Below are positions 29,111 to 39,150 of a DNA stretch of 64,000 nt, one piece after another. The notes under the pieces were generated by a model. It did not search any database. It was not told the DNA's origin and saw only the letters and a list, made by a program, of their open reading frames with translations. The stretch is taken from assembly GCA_963717145.1 (NCBI GenBank), contig OY970325.1, positions 1,440,001-1,504,000 on the forward strand. Reading direction: 5' to 3'. Positions within the stretch are counted from its first letter, which is position 1; every line of letters starts with the position of its first letter. The translations under genes and the position numbers were made by a program. This DNA is from an uncultured Armatimonadetes bacterium (lineage in GTDB: Bacteria; Armatimonadota; UBA5829; DTJY01).

Positions 29111-30443
29111 CTTCCGGGGCTTCCTCAGCCACAACAGCCGGTTCCTCTGTTTCGCTATCGTCCAGTACAGTAACAGCGACCTCGACTACCTCAGCCTCGG
29201 CAGGCGGTTCCTCTGCCACAACCTCTGTTACCTCGTCATCCGTCGCCGTTTCTTCATCTGCTTCATCGGCCACAACGGACGGTTCCTCCGCGACGACCTC
29301 TGCCTCGCCGGAAGTACCCTCCGACTCCACGGCTACCTCGGCTACATCGTCCGGAACTGCGCTCGCCAACGGCTCGATCTCGGCCTCGGGCTCGGCTGTA
29401 AGAGCGGCTTTCGCGACCTGCAACTCGCTTCGGATGTCGATCCGCCAGCCGGTTAGCCGCGCCGCCAGACGAACATTTTGTCCCGACTTGCCGATAGCCA
29501 GCGAGAGCTGATTGTCCGGCACGACGACAAATGCGCTCTTCGAACTCTCGTCGACCTCGACTGAAACAACCTTCGCGGGGCTCAGTGACTCGGCGATAAA
29601 CTTTGCGATCGAGTCGTTCCACCGAACGATATCGATCTTTTCATCATAAAGCTCATTGACCACCGCCTGAACGCGACTTCCTCGATGCCCGACGCATGCG
29701 CCGACGGGATCGACCTGCTCGTCACTCGATGCAACGGCGATCTTCGAACGGGCGCCTGGCTCGCGCGCAACGGACTTGATGGTAACGATGCCGTCGTGGA
29801 TCTCGGGCACTTCCAACTCGAAGAGCCTGCGGATCAGGCTCGGATGAGTCCTCGATACTATTACCTGCGGGCCTTTCGGCGTGCGGCGGACTTCCAGAAC
29901 GTATACCTTGATCCGGTCGTTAAACCTGTACGGCTCGGTGGGCACCTGCTCGTTCCCGGGAAGGAGCGCCTCGACTTTGCCGAGGTTGATGAACACGTTC
30001 CTCTGCTCCCGACGCTGCACCGTGCCGGTCATGACTTCGCCGACTCGCTCGCTGTATTCCTCGAAAATCTTCTCGCGTTCAGCTTCTCGGATACGCTGAA
30101 CGACGACCTGCTTGGCGGTCTGAGCTGCTATCCGCCCGAAGTTCTCGGGCGTGACCTCGACCTCGACAAAGTCGCCGACGTTCAGATTGGAATCGTGCTT
30201 TCGCGCGTCGGACACGAGGATCTCCGCGTGCGAGTTCTCGACCTCCTCGACCACCGCCATCTGGCAGAATACGCGGAACCCCAGCTTGCCGGACTCGACG
30301 CGAACCTTCACATCGCTGGTGATCGCGAAATGCTTCTTATATGCTGTCACGAGTGCCGATTCGATCGTCTCGAGAAGCACGTCAAAGGGTATTTCTTTCT
30401 CTTTTTCGATCGCGCGCAACGCCTCGATGAAATCCCCGTTCAT
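29097..30443 (-). CDS. nusA: Transcription factor NusA
   Basis: FGRIAAQTAKQ, AREPGARSKIAV, AIGKSGQNVRLAARLTGW; acidic tail. Confidence 0.97.
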   Translation of the reverse strand: MNGDFIEALRAIEKEKEIPFDVLLETIESALVTAYKKHFAITSDVKVRVESGKLGFRVFCQMAVVEEVENSHAEILVSDARKHDSNLNVGDFVEVEVTPENFGRIAAQTAKQVVVQRIREAEREKIFEEYSERVGEVMTGTVQRREQRNVFINLGKVEALLPGNEQVPTEPYRFNDRIKVYVLEVRRTPKGPQVIVSRTHPSLIRRLFELEVPEIHDGIVTIKSVAREPGARSKIAVASSDEQVDPVGACVGHRGSRVQAVVNELYDEKIDIVRWNDSIAKFIAESLSPAKVVSVEVDESSKSAFVVVPDNQLSLAIGKSGQNVRLAARLTGWRIDIRSELQVAKAALTAEPEAEIEPLASAVPDDVAEVAVESEGTSGEAEVVAEEPSVVADEADEETATDDEVTEVVAEEPPAEAEVVEVAVTVLDDSETEEPAVVAEEAPEDETA

Positions 30444-30482
30444 ATCGTATCCTTCTAGCAATCCTCCGGGGTACATCAACGG

Positions 30483-30510
30483 AAAAGAGTGGGTGAGTTA
30501 CCCACTCTTT
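30483..30510 (-). ncRNA. rimP-leader-type hairpin upstream of nusA
   Basis: AAAGAGTGGGT-AACTC-ACCCACTCTTTT, matching the GAGUGGG/CCCACUC leader of rimP-nusA operons. Confidence 0.7.
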
Positions 30511-30538
30511 GACACGAGACCCGGAGAGAACTGACGTA

Positions 30539-30567
30539 AGTATACCATACGTGAATGGCCGATGCAA
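30539..30567 (-). promoter_or_regulatory. Sigma-70 promoter of nusA operon
   Basis: TTGCAT-N17-TATACT, TG extension, upstream A8 tract. Confidence 0.75.
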
Positions 30568-30620
30568 GTTTTTTTTGGCCCGCATACACCGATGAGCACA
30601 CAGACACGGCCGTTACAAGG

Positions 30621-31280
30621 CTACGTCCACTCGAAACGGGAGACTTCCGTCTGCTGTGCCAACACAGTGCCTACCGTGCGTTCACTACCTCTGCGAGGGA
30701 CAGAGACCTTCATCCGAACAATCTTCCTGTCGTTCTCGGGCGAATCTTCCATCGTGATCGAGCGGATGGTCAGCCCGTGCTCCATGAGCGTGCGCAGAAT
30801 CGAGGTGAGCGACTGCATGCTTCCGGACGGTATCTCTATCATCAGGTTCCGAAGACTTTTCATGCCCAGGACGTATTCGAACCTGCTCATAGTAGAGAGC
30901 GTGACGAAGACAATCAGCGTGGCGAAGACTGCGACCCAGGCGAGCTGTCCGCCTATCGCGACGGCCATCCCGATGCCCGCGACCGTCCAAAGGCTCGCGG
31001 CCGTGGTGAGCCCTCTGACGATGTTCCCTTGAGTCAAGATGGTCCCGGCGCCGAGGAAACCGATCCCGCTGACGATCTGGGCCGCGATCCTCCCAGGATC
31101 CCATGTCGGCCCGAAGGACATCGACACGAGCGTGATCAAGGCCGATCCCATGCACACCAGAATGTGCGTGCGGAGGCCGGCCGGCCGCTCGTGTACTTCG
31201 CGCTCCCAGCCGACGAGGCCCCCCATCACAGTGGCGAGCAGCAGTTTTCCTGCCATAACCAGCTCAGGCATAAAGTCCAT
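30621..31280 (-). CDS. MgtC/SapB family protein
   Basis: AGLRTH, RIAAQIVSGIGFLGAG, GLTTAASLW; ACT-like C-terminus. Confidence 0.92.
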   Translation of the reverse strand: MDFMPELVMAGKLLLATVMGGLVGWEREVHERPAGLRTHILVCMGSALITLVSMSFGPTWDPGRIAAQIVSGIGFLGAGTILTQGNIVRGLTTAASLWTVAGIGMAVAIGGQLAWVAVFATLIVFVTLSTMSRFEYVLGMKSLRNLMIEIPSGSMQSLTSILRTLMEHGLTIRSITMEDSPENDRKIVRMKVSVPRRGSERTVGTVLAQQTEVSRFEWT

Positions 31281-33996
31281 TTATCCCTCCGAACCAATGT
31301 CTTCCTCGATCGCAGAGACCGGGAGTGCCGTGCACCAATCCTTGCCGACCTTGACCTCGACTTCGAGCGGCACGTCCATCTCGAAGGCATGCTCCATCGC
31401 GTCCCTGACCATCGAAACCAGGCGATCGACTTCGCTCTCCGGCACGTCGAACACGAGTTCATCATGTACCTGAAGCACCATCTTGCCCTTGAAGCCTTCC
31501 TCACAGAGTCGCCGATGCACGACGATCATCGCCAGCTTCATGATGTCGGCCGCGGTACCCTGGATCGGCATGTTCACCGCGGCGCGCTCAGCGAACTCGC
31601 GGAAGTTGCGGTTGGGACTGGTCAACTCGGGCAGATAGCGGCGACGTCCGAGCAAGCTCTCTACGTAGCCCGTGAGTCGCGCCTTCTTCAGCGTGTCGTT
31701 TCCATACTGCTTCACGCCCGGATACTGCTCGAAGTAGTTCTCGATGTACTGCTTGGCGATCCCCGGCGGGATGCTCAGTTGCCTCGACAGACCGTACTCG
31801 CTGATGCCATAGATGACCGCGAAGTTGACGGTTTTGGCCTGCCTTCGCATGTCCGGCGTGACACCATCCTCCGGCACCCCGAAGACCCCGGTGGCCGTCC
31901 GCGTATGGATGTCCACATTCTCGCGGTAGGCTTCCAACAGCTTCGGGTCGCGGCTCACGTGCGCGAGGATGCGCAGCTCGATCTGCGAGTAGTCCGCTGA
32001 GACGAGCACGTTCCCGGGCGATGCGGTGAACGCCTTTCGAATCTCGCGGCCGGCCTCGGTCTTGATCGGGATGTTCTGCAGGTTCGGTTCACTGCTGGAG
32101 AGCCGTCCGGTGGTCGTGACCGCCTGATTGAGCGAGGTGTGTATCCGCCCGGTCCGCGCGTTGACGAGCTTCGGCAGGGAGTCGGCATAGGTGGACTTGA
32201 GCTTCGTCAGCTCGCGGTACTCCAGAATCTTCGCCACAATCTCGTGCATCGGCGCGAGGAATGCCAACGTGTCGGCGTCGGTGGAGTAGCCGGTCTTCGT
32301 CTTCTTCGAAGCCTGCAGGCCGAGCTTGTCGAAGAGAACCGTCTGCAACTGCTTCGAGGAACCGATGTTGAACTCCATGCCCGCCAGGCAGAAGATGTCG
32401 CTCTCCAAGTCCTTGATGCGCGCATCGAGCCGCTCGGAGAGAGCGTTCAGCCACTCACCGTCGACCGCGACGCCGGTCAGTTCCATATCGGCAAGGATCG
32501 GCATCAGCGGCATCTCGATGTCGCAGAGAAGGCGCTCCTGATCGTCTTCCTTCAGTCGTTTCGCAAGCAGCGGCGCCACCCTTTGGATAACGTCCGCCTG
32601 CGCGGTGAAGAGCTGCTGAACGGTCCACTCGCCGCCCGGGGTGACGATCTTGCCGGTCCGAGCATCGGGAGTCGGAAGCTCCAGGCCCAGGTGATCGAGC
32701 GCAACATCCTCCAAGCGGTGGGATCCCCTCCCCGCGTTGAGGAGATAAGAGGCGAGCATGACGTCGAACTTCGGAGCGGCTAACGAGATGCCGAGCTTGC
32801 CGAGGATCTCTTCCTCGTACTTCAGATTATGCCCGTACTTGCTGATCGTCACTGCCTCGAGAACCGGTCGCAGGTCCAGAGGGCTCAGACCCGACCTCGC
32901 AAAGTCTATGTAGTAAGACTCCCCCTCACCTGTCGAGATCGCGACGCCGATCGGCTCTGCGTCCACGGGATGCCCGGGCGTACCGTTCATCCTGATCACG
33001 AAGCTGCCGACTTGGCGGATACGCTCCAGAAGCGCGTCGAGCCCCGCCCGATCCATGACCGACGTGAACCTGCTCGGCTCTTCGACCGTTCCGAACAGCG
33101 TCCCTTGGGGCGGGAGCACCGACTCGGCGGGCAACCTTTTCAGCAGCGTTTTGAACTCCGAGCCGCTTGAAGAGGTCGCGCAGCCGGTCGTAATCGGGTT
33201 TCCGATACTCACACCCCTTGAGATCGATCTCCACCGGGACATCGGTCACGATGGTTGCGAGATGCCTGGACTGCTCGGCCATCTCGGGCGCGGACTTGAT
33301 CGCCTTCTGAGCGCGGGAATCCGTGATCTCCTCGAGGTGCGCGAGGATGTTGTCGAGGCTGCCGTACTCCTGAATCAGCTTGACCGCGGACTTGTCGCCG
33401 ATGCCGGGAACGCCGGGGATGTTGTCGGAGGGGTCGCCCTTGAGCGCCTTGTAGTCGATCATCTGCGACGGCTTCAGGCCGTACCGTGCCACGACGGCCT
33501 GCTCGTCGTAAATCACGGTCTCGCTGACACCTTTGATCGTGGTGAGCACCTTGACGTGGTCGTCGACGAGTTGCAGGGTGTCGAGGTCGCCGGTGACGAT
33601 CAGGACGTCATACCCTTCTGCCTTCGCCTTGCAAGCGAGGGTCCCAACCAAATCATCGGCCTCGAAACCGGGGACCTCGAGGATCGGGATCGAGAAAGCG
33701 TCGACCACCTCACGGGCGAGCGGCCCCTGCGACCTCAGATCGTCCGGGGTCGGCTTCCGATGCGCTTTGTAGCCGTCGAACGCGTCGTGACGGAACGTCT
33801 TCGCTGGCGCATCGAATGCCACAAGCAGGACGTCCGGCTTTTCGTCCTGCACGAGCTTGAGGAGCATCATCGTGAAGCCGTAGACGGCGTTCGTCGGCTG
33901 ATTCTCGAGCGTCGAGAAGTGGGGCATGGCGAAGAATGCCCGGTAGAGCAGGCTGTTTCCGTCGATTAAGACTACTTTCGATCGGGTCTTGGTCAT
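31281..33996 (-). CDS. polA: DNA polymerase I with apparent 1-nt frameshift near 33160
   Basis: LIDGNSLLYRAF and GDPSDNIPGV in one frame; DYSQIELR, AKTVNFAVIYG, QVHDEL in next; removing one base from CTCGGAG gives LFKRLEFKTLL. Confidence 0.95.
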
Positions 33997-34008
33997 AGGT
34001 TTGGTTGG

Positions 34009-34041
34009 CCCCTCCTGACGAAGGGGGGACTGGGGGAGGTT
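34009..34041. repeat. CCCCT..AAGGGGGG-type palindromic element
   Basis: cccctcctgacgaaggggggactgggggaggtt. Confidence 0.45.
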
Positions 34042-34094
34042 CGCGCGCAGAAACCCTCGGTCCGTCGCCCATCGTAAGGGGGGCATCTACGTGC

Positions 34095-35045
34095 TCAGCG
34101 GATTCTGCCCGCTCTGTCATCGAGGAGCAGCCTTCGAGCAAGGTCCGTCAGGCCCGGCTCAGTCCCCTGCGACGAACTGCCGGTTGAGCCGAACAGAATG
34201 TCCATCAGGCCCTCCTGGTCATACTCCACCACATCATAATCGCCGGCGATCCCCGCGTCATCGGCCGCCGAACGGAGCGCGTCCTCGAGGCCGCCGATCT
34301 TGTCGATCAGTTTGAGCTTGAGCGCCTGCCTGCCTGTGAACACGCGCCCATCAGCGAGGCTCTTCACGTATGCCTTGTCGAGCTTGCGGCCCTTGGAAAC
34401 ATCCGTCAGGAACTGATCGTAGATGTCGAACAGCATCTCCTGGAGGAGCTTCTTCTCGTCCGGGCGCATCGGTCGGTTGGGGCTGCCGATGTCCTTGTAC
34501 TTGCCCGTGGTGAGCGCTCCCATGTCAACGCCGACCTTGTTCCACAGCCCCTGAAGGTTGGCGGTCTCCATGATGACGCCGATGCTCCCGGTCATCGTCG
34601 CGGGGTCGGCAAAGATTCGGTTCGAGGCGCATGATATATAGTAGGCCGCTGACGCCGCTACATCACCCATCGATACCGTAACGTGCTTTCCCCCGGCGCG
34701 CACCTTCTCGATCTCCTTGAAGATCTCCTGTGCGGCTGACGGGCTGCCTCCCGGGCTGTTGACGCGGATGACCACGGCCTTGACCGAGTCGTCCTTTCGC
34801 GCCCTCTCGAGCATCGACACGATTCTCTCCGAGCCCGAGACGCTGTCGCCGAAGACGCCCGCCGACCCTCTGCCGGCAGTCATTACGCCTTCAACGTGGA
34901 TCAAGGCGATCTTGTCGCCGCCGAATCCACCCTCGGACCCCAACCCCGCAAGACCGGCGAACAGCACCCCGACGATCGTGATGGAGAAGAGGACCAGCAG
35001 GATCGCGGCTATCACGATGATGAGTATGAGACGTCTGGATCGCAT
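34095..35045 (-). CDS. sppA: Signal peptide peptidase SppA, 36K type
   Basis: RVNSPGGS, SMGDVAASAAY, TGSIGV, ADGRVFTG. Confidence 0.93.
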   Translation of the reverse strand: MRSRRLILIIVIAAILLVLFSITIVGVLFAGLAGLGSEGGFGGDKIALIHVEGVMTAGRGSAGVFGDSVSGSERIVSMLERARKDDSVKAVVIRVNSPGGSPSAAQEIFKEIEKVRAGGKHVTVSMGDVAASAAYYISCASNRIFADPATMTGSIGVIMETANLQGLWNKVGVDMGALTTGKYKDIGSPNRPMRPDEKKLLQEMLFDIYDQFLTDVSKGRKLDKAYVKSLADGRVFTGRQALKLKLIDKIGGLEDALRSAADDAGIAGDYDVVEYDQEGLMDILFGSTGSSSQGTEPGLTDLARRLLLDDRAGRIR

Positions 35046-35064
35046 GGGCGGCTAACCTCCTGCG

Positions 35065-35123
35065 GGGAGGGCGAGGCTCCGTCCGAGCCACGGCGACCGG
35101 CTCGGACGGAGCCTCGCCCTCCC
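35065..35123. repeat. Inverted pair of GGGAGGGCGAGGCTCC..GAGCC elements
   Basis: 25-bp perfect arms. Confidence 0.7.
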
Positions 35124-35130
35124 GATCATA

Positions 35131-35159
35131 TTGACAGATAGGGCCGGACCGATTACAAT
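35131..35159 (+). promoter_or_regulatory. Sigma-70 promoter of tRNA-Leu
   Basis: TTGACA-N17-TACAAT. Confidence 0.85.
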
Positions 35160-35168
35160 ATCATCAGC

Positions 35169-35254
35169 GCCGGAGTGGCGGAATGGTAGACGCGCTGGTC
35201 TCAAACACCCGTGGGGGCAACCCCGTGTCGGTTCGAGTCCGACCTCCGGCACCA
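35169..35254 (+). tRNA. tRNA-Leu(CAA)
   Basis: GCCGGAG/CTCCGGC acceptor stem, GGAATGGTAGAC D-loop, CTCAAAC anticodon loop, long variable arm, GTTCGAGTC, encoded CCA. Confidence 0.93.
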
Positions 35255-35261
35255 TAGGGAA

Positions 35262-35338
35262 ATGGTTTATGGTTGATGGTTGATGGTCAATGGGAGACCG
35301 ATCCGCCATCAACCATTAACCATGAACCATCAACCATT
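35262..35338. repeat. Inverted heptamer tandem array (ATGGTTG / CAACCAT)
   Basis: Lies between convergent tRNA and panD; sibling at 39060-39145. Confidence 0.75.
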
Positions 35339-35342
35339 CCCC

Positions 35343-35693
35343 TCACACATACCGCAGAAACTTGTTCTCATCGTCCACGAGGATCCACTTCGCGGCGATC
35401 TCCTCGTCAGTCAGGACAAATGCGACGATGATGACCTTGTCGCCACATTCAGCGAGGTGCGCGGCGGCGCCGTTAACGCAGATCACCCCCGACCGCTTCT
35501 CGCCGGGCAGCGCATAGGTCTCGAACCGGCTGCCGTTCGACACATTCCAGACGTGGACAAGCTCGCCCTTGACGATCCCCGCTCGGTCCATCAGGTCGGA
35601 GTCGATGGTGATGCTCCCGATATAGTCCAGCTCGCACTGGGTCACGGTGGCCCTGTGTATTTTGCTCTTGCAGATATTCAGTAACTGAGTCAT
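35343..35693 (-). CDS. panD: Aspartate 1-decarboxylase
   Basis: KSKIHRATVT, YIG|SITID, RFETY, NGAAA. Confidence 0.95.
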   Translation of the reverse strand: MTQLLNICKSKIHRATVTQCELDYIGSITIDSDLMDRAGIVKGELVHVWNVSNGSRFETYALPGEKRSGVICVNGAAAHLAECGDKVIIVAFVLTDEEIAAKWILVDDENKFLRYV

Positions 35694-35765
35694 GGATCCG
35701 CTCTCTCCCGATGTTTTTCCGGCGGTATTATACCATTTTCGTTTGTCCGGCAACAACACCCAGCG

Positions 35766-35866
35766 GGGAAACCTCCCGCAACCGTAGGGGCGATCCTTCA
35801 ACGGTCGCCCGGGTCGGTGCCGGGCGACCGTTGAAGGATCGCCCCTACGGTTGCGGGAGGTTTCCC
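35766..35866. repeat. Perfect 47-bp inverted repeat containing two GTAG REPs
   Basis: GGGAAACCTCCCGCAACCGTAGGGGCGATCCTTCAACGGTCGCCCGG, 7-nt loop, exact inverse. Confidence 0.85.
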
Positions 35867-36046
35867 GTTAGATTGCCGTCTTGCCCTCGATGGCTTATTC
35901 ACCGATAATAGTGATAGTCGGTGAACCACTGGGCGTAGGGGCGAAGCATTGGCCACTGGATACGCGAACTCTCACGATCTTCCGTCGCCAATGCTTCTCT
36001 CCTACAGCCGACCCCATACATTCAGCCGATCACGGAGGAATCCCAC

Positions 36047-39000
36047 GTGGACATTCGCGTGCTCATCTTCAAGGAAGAAGACTTCCCATTCATCGATACC
36101 ACTTCAGTCGATACTCAGGAGATCGTGGACGCGCTCCCACCGGTCCAGGAGGTTCGCTCTGTCGGAGTTGCCGGCCTGAGGGAGCGGCTCCGTGCCGACT
36201 CGATCGATCTTTTCATAAACCCTTACGGCTCGGCATTCCCAAAGGATGCCTGGCCGGAGATACACGAGTACCTCGCCGGAGGTGGAAACCTGCTCAACCT
36301 CGGCGGCGCGCCGTTCAGCGTCCCGGTCCGACGTGACGGAAAGGACTGGCATCAGGAGATCCGTCAGACGCAGAATCACCGCGAGCTTGGGATCAACCAG
36401 GCGTACCCGGTCGAGACATCCGGCATCAAGCGGTATGACACCACGAGCACCGAGCCGCTGCTCTCGGGGTTGATCGAGGATTTCTCCTGCGACAAGGTGT
36501 TCGAACTGCAGGTGAGGTTCACCAGCGCAAACGATCATCCGAACGAGTTCGGCAGTTCGGGCGCACGGGAAGCGATCCTCCGTCCGCTGCTCTACGCGTA
36601 TGACTCCGATGGCCGACGACTTGCCGCACCGATCATCGCGATCGACCGCGTGCTCGGCCGGTTCGCCGGCGGACGATGGGTGCTCGCCAACTTCGAGTCC
36701 AAGGCGCTTCCGAGGAAAGAGGCGATAGGACGGCTGGCGGCATATGCGGCTCTCGGGGCGACCGACATGCAGATCAGGCCATCGTTCGCATCCTACAAGC
36801 CTGACGAGCGCGCCAGTCTGATCCTGCACGTCAATCGCCTGGGGACATCCGGTGATGGGCCGCTCAACTTGTTCTTGACGATCCGCAAGGAGAAGTCGAC
36901 TGTCAAGACCGAGAGCATCGATATCAGCGATTTCGCGTCTCCATACTACCTCGACATCCCGGTCACTCAGCCGCTGACTCCCGGCCTCTACTCGATCGAA
37001 GCCAGGCTCTCGACCGGCAACCCGCAACTGACTGACAAGTACGCCGACTACGCTTCCACCGGCTTCTGGTGCTATGACAAAGCGCTCGTCGGGATGACGC
37101 AGCCGCTCTCCGCAGGCAAGGACTACTTCCAACGCGAGAGCAAGCCGGTTGCCCTGATCGGCACGACTTACATGGCGTCGGATGTCCACCGTAAGTTCCT
37201 TTTCGAACCGAATCCCGCGGCGTGGGACCGTGACTTCGAGGAGATGCGGGCTGAAGGCATCAACATCGTCCGAACCGGCATCTGGACAGGGTTCCGGCAG
37301 ATCATGCTCGATCCCGGCGCTCCGAGCGAGGGGATAATGCGCGCGTTCGAGGCGTTCATGTTGACCGCCGCCCAGCACGATATGCCGGTGATCTTCACGT
37401 TCTTCGCATTCGCGCCGGAGATGTGGGAGGGCGCCAATATCTACCTCGATCCGAGGTGTCTCCAGGCGCAGAAGGAGTTCATCGCGGCCTTCAGCCGCAG
37501 GTTCGCCAAGTTCAACAACCTGATCTGGGACCTGATCAATGAGCCGTGCACCAAGCGTCCGAACCGGGACGCATTCGAGGAGGCCGCCTGGCGCGAGTGG
37601 ATCTCCGAGCGACACAATCTCGAAGAGAAGTGGAAGATGACCCCCCGGACCAGCAAGGCGCTCCCGGAACCGCAGGACTTCGATGATGCACAGATCTTCG
37701 AGAATGCGCATCCGGTCCGCAAGCTGGACTACATGCTCTTCTCGCAGGACGTCTTCAACCGCTGGGTCCGGGAAATGACCGCCGTCATCCGCCAGAACGG
37801 CAACCTGAAGCAGCTCATCACCGTCGGCCAGGAAGAGGGCGGGACCGGCGAGAGCCCGAATCCGCAGTTCCACTGGAAGGAGGTCGATTTCACCTGCAAC
37901 CATACCTGGTGGCTGATGGACGACCTGCTCTGGGACGGCCTCGTGACCAAGACGCCGGAGAAGCCGAACCTGATCGAAGAGACCGGTATCATGTTCGTCG
38001 AAAACCTCGACCGCTCCCACCGGCGCACGGAGATCGACTGCCGGAACCTGCTCGAGCGCAAGTTCGTGATGGCGTTTGCATCCGGCGGCGCAGGGGTCAT
38101 TCAGTGGATCTGGAACACGAACATCTTCATGGCCAGCGACAACGAGGTGGCGTGCGGCTTCCACCGGGCCGACCTGACCCGCAAGCCGCAACTGGAGTTC
38201 GTCAAGCCGATGTCGGCGTTCCTCAAGGAGGCCCGCTCGCACTTCATCGACCGCCGGCCGGAGGACGTATGCATGGTGATCCCCCACTCCGCCATGTTCT
38301 CCGTGCGCGACCCGGCGACTCCGGCCACAAAGGTCTGCACGCGCCTGATGAGCTACGATCTCGGCATCCCGATACGCGCGGTCGGGGAGTATACGCTGGA
38401 GAACCTCGGCAAGCCCAAACTGATCGTGCTTCCGTCGCCCAGGGTGTTGAGCCAAAGCGCGTGGGAGACGCTTCTGTGGGCGGTCGATGCAGGCTCGACG
38501 CTGCTCGTGACCGGGCCGATCGACTGGGATGAGTACTGGCGTCCGGTGGATCGGCTGGGGCAGTTCGAGATCGAAGCGGCCACCAGGCCGGTCACCCGCG
38601 AGGAGGAGGCAATCATCTTCGGCAGCGAGTATCGGGTGAGCTTCGGCGGCGACAAGATCGCACGGGTCGATAAGGCGGTCCTCGGAGGGCTCGGCGGCAC
38701 GGTTCGGACGGAGCAGATCGGCGCGGGGAAGCTTGTCTACTCGGCGCTCCCGGTCGAGCTGGCGGACAACATCGAGCCGGCGATCGCACTATACCAGTTT
38801 GCGCTGAAGCAGGCGGTGCTTCAGTCGCCATTCAGCATCGAGAAGCCCGAGCCCGGTGTGCTGATCCGGCCGCTGTTCTTCAAAGATGCGATCCTTTACT
38901 CGCTCGTCTCAGAGACCGACGTGGACAAGGAGCTTTCGTTCACCGACAACGCGACCGGCAAGGCACTCAAGGTGACGGTCCCCGCCCAGCGCGCGGTGAT

Positions 39001-39061
39001 GTTCCTCCTCGGCAGGGATGGGAAGGTCCTGGCGGAGTACGGGGGAGGTATGCATAGCTGA
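36047..39061 (+). CDS. Large clan GH-A glycoside hydrolase (GH5/GH42-like) with GATase-like domains
   Basis: GINIVR, WDLINEP acid/base, LIEETG nucleophile, trimerisation-like C-domain; GGAGG RBS, GTG start. Confidence 0.8.
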   Translation: MDIRVLIFKEEDFPFIDTTSVDTQEIVDALPPVQEVRSVGVAGLRERLRADSIDLFINPYGSAFPKDAWPEIHEYLAGGGNLLNLGGAPFSVPVRRDGKDWHQEIRQTQNHRELGINQAYPVETSGIKRYDTTSTEPLLSGLIEDFSCDKVFELQVRFTSANDHPNEFGSSGAREAILRPLLYAYDSDGRRLAAPIIAIDRVLGRFAGGRWVLANFESKALPRKEAIGRLAAYAALGATDMQIRPSFASYKPDERASLILHVNRLGTSGDGPLNLFLTIRKEKSTVKTESIDISDFASPYYLDIPVTQPLTPGLYSIEARLSTGNPQLTDKYADYASTGFWCYDKALVGMTQPLSAGKDYFQRESKPVALIGTTYMASDVHRKFLFEPNPAAWDRDFEEMRAEGINIVRTGIWTGFRQIMLDPGAPSEGIMRAFEAFMLTAAQHDMPVIFTFFAFAPEMWEGANIYLDPRCLQAQKEFIAAFSRRFAKFNNLIWDLINEPCTKRPNRDAFEEAAWREWISERHNLEEKWKMTPRTSKALPEPQDFDDAQIFENAHPVRKLDYMLFSQDVFNRWVREMTAVIRQNGNLKQLITVGQEEGGTGESPNPQFHWKEVDFTCNHTWWLMDDLLWDGLVTKTPEKPNLIEETGIMFVENLDRSHRRTEIDCRNLLERKFVMAFASGGAGVIQWIWNTNIFMASDNEVACGFHRADLTRKPQLEFVKPMSAFLKEARSHFIDRRPEDVCMVIPHSAMFSVRDPATPATKVCTRLMSYDLGIPIRAVGEYTLENLGKPKLIVLPSPRVLSQSAWETLLWAVDAGSTLLVTGPIDWDEYWRPVDRLGQFEIEAATRPVTREEEAIIFGSEYRVSFGGDKIARVDKAVLGGLGGTVRTEQIGAGKLVYSALPVELADNIEPAIALYQFALKQAVLQSPFSIEKPEPGVLIRPLFFKDAILYSLVSETDVDKELSFTDNATGKALKVTVPAQRAVMFLLGRDGKVLAEYGGGMHS

Positions 39062-39145
39062 TGGTTGATGGTTGATGGTTCATGGTTAATGCGGGATGCG
39101 GACCGCTTCTCCCCATCCGCCATCAACCATGAACCATCAACCATT
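39060..39145. repeat. Inverted heptamer tandem array
   Basis: tgatggttgatggttgatggttcatggtt..ccatcaaccatgaaccatcaaccat between convergent genes. Confidence 0.75.
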
Positions 39146-39150
39146 CCCCA

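Noticed and set aside
35169-35254. tRNA-anchored genomic island
   Set aside because: No integrase and no duplicated tRNA 3' end seen; panD follows directly
36104-38455. 783-aa antisense ORF and similar long shadow ORFs (27185-28843, 20047-21372, 30555-32000)
   Set aside because: Reverse-frame shadows of GC-rich genes with no recognisable motifs
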